Part shown: in pieces, positions 62,593-64,000 of the stretch
Layout: every line of letters starts with the position of its first letter
How positions within the stretch are numbered: the stretch's first letter is position 1
From: Azolla caroliniana
Taxonomy: Eukaryota > Plantae > Polypodiophyta
Length of the DNA: 64,000 nt
Assembly (NCBI GenBank): GCA_043228905.1
Contig: JBHGNT010000011.1
Span: forward strand, 12,586,001-12,650,000
Reading direction: 5' to 3'
Program-made: the position numbers and the translations under genes
Notes under the pieces: generated by a model
Told to the model about the DNA's origin: nothing
Database searches by the model: none
What the model saw: the letters and a program-made list of their open reading frames with translations, nothing else

Positions 62593-64000
62593 TCACCACT
62601 GTTTCTTCTGTTACACACTTCCGCTCTGCACTCTCTGATTAAAAGGCTTCGTTAATGACACTTAATCTCTCACTCTTATCACTTAAATCTCACGTTAATG
62701 ACACTTAATCCCCAAAAACCTTCTTCACTCTAATCTCTTTCTTAATTACAGAATTAGTCGTCAAGCCCAAGAGGCTTAAATACCCCCACCCAAAAAGATA
62801 AAAGGCTCCTCTTTTTTTTCTCTTTGTTTCAATCTCTTTTCACAAAAGGAAATATGTATTATATAACAATAAAATAAACCATTAAATAAAAAGATAAGAT
62901 TTATTATTAAGGCCAATATGCTTTCAACTTTGCCCAACTTTAGATTATTAATGTGTCCACTCAATCATTCTTGAGGATGGATGGATGGATGGATGGATGG
63001 ATGTTCCCCTCTGTATGTCTTACATAAGTTTGGTCACATGGCCAAACCAAATTCAAACCAATGTGATGGTATTTTCAAGTGTCACATATGATGTAGTTGC
63101 CGCATCGACGTCGTCACTATCTTTGTAGGCTGCCCTCCCCTTCATCCAAACCTAGCATATTCGTGTCATACCACCACACATGGGCTTATTCCAATAGTTT
63201 TCTATCGTAAATGCTTGTGGATAAAAATATCAATACTATACCCCCCCTTTCCCTAGCTATGGGTTCAAGTAACCCACGTGCTTCTTGATATTATACACCC
63301 CCCCACCCCCCACCCCCCAAATATCACGTGATTCCCTTAGCTAAAACTAAAAATGTAGATCCACACCGCAACTTCAAGTTGTGCATGTGCTTCAAAAATT
63401 ATTTAATATTTCACAAGATTCATTCTTACATAAAACCAATCATTACATTGCAACAAAGATGACGTTAAGAGAAGTTGCATAAATTGATAGTGGGTTGATT
63501 AACGATCAAATTAGTTACACTAATGCAAATTACAATATCATCTAATTGCACAAAGAAGTTTCCAATTGTAGTTAACAACTCGATGATTATGGAACTACAA
63601 TCAACACTAATCACAACTACTTGTTTATTTTATACTAATCACAACGGTAATTTTCAAACGAACTAGAACGAGGATTATTGTAATAAGCACTAGCACAAAT
63701 ATCAATTAGGAATGTCGTTAGTGCATCCCGTCTAATGAATCATTGACTTTGCAAAGCAATGAATTTGCGAAGGATTAAAATATGAAATTGAGCATGTGCA
63801 CTATATCTAGTTTTTGAGCAAAGTCATCACATGATACTTTTAGAAATATAAAGGGGAAAGACCAATCATGCCCTTAGAGTTAGTAATATACTTGGGGAAA
63901 CATCCATGTTTTCCTTGATAGTTATCTACATTCGGCAAAGTATTTAAATATGAATTCAAGCATATGGCTACGGTTACTTTTCAACCCATGACATGATATG

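Noticed and set aside
62975-63003. (GGAT)n microsatellite and (CT)n/(GA)n tracts in LTRs
   Set aside because: Common simple repeats with no special signal.
63258-63275. Isolated GGTTCAAG B-box-like motif upstream of PADRE
   Set aside because: No correctly spaced A-box; a chance match is likely.

Overview
Eukaryotic land-plant DNA, probably a non-seed plant; this is inferred only from the retroelement lineages. About 80% is nested, decayed transposable elements. There are two intact intronless host genes: a family-1 UDP-glycosyltransferase (16939-18498, +) preceded by five near-identical 252-bp upstream repeats, and a PADRE/DUF4228 gene (62020-62592, -). Most element ends were resolved by eye from LTR termini, PBS/PPT and target-site duplications (TSDs). 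Nest 1: Gypsy B > Copia Z > Copia A1 (331-6948) > solo LTR (4939-5869). Nest 2: chromoviral Gypsy G (22513-53374) contains Gypsy D, Copia A2 and Copia C, and C contains Gypsy E and a hAT-type MITE. There are also hAT, LINE and Copia remnants and an array of nested palindromes. The most unusual signal is that several otherwise dissimilar LTRs carry a tRNA-shaped Pol III A-box/B-box cassette, antisense, at the upstream end of U3, ahead of family-specific enhancer motifs (heat-shock elements, RY motifs). Other highlights: a covarying -1 frameshift pseudoknot shared by two Gypsy families, a tRNA-Trp-primed Gypsy lineage with 4-bp RCGT TSDs, a CCGG-rich module shared between a Copia and a Gypsy LTR, and an LTR-derived coding tail on Copia Pol. 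No database search or computation was run, so lineage names and novelty are provisional.
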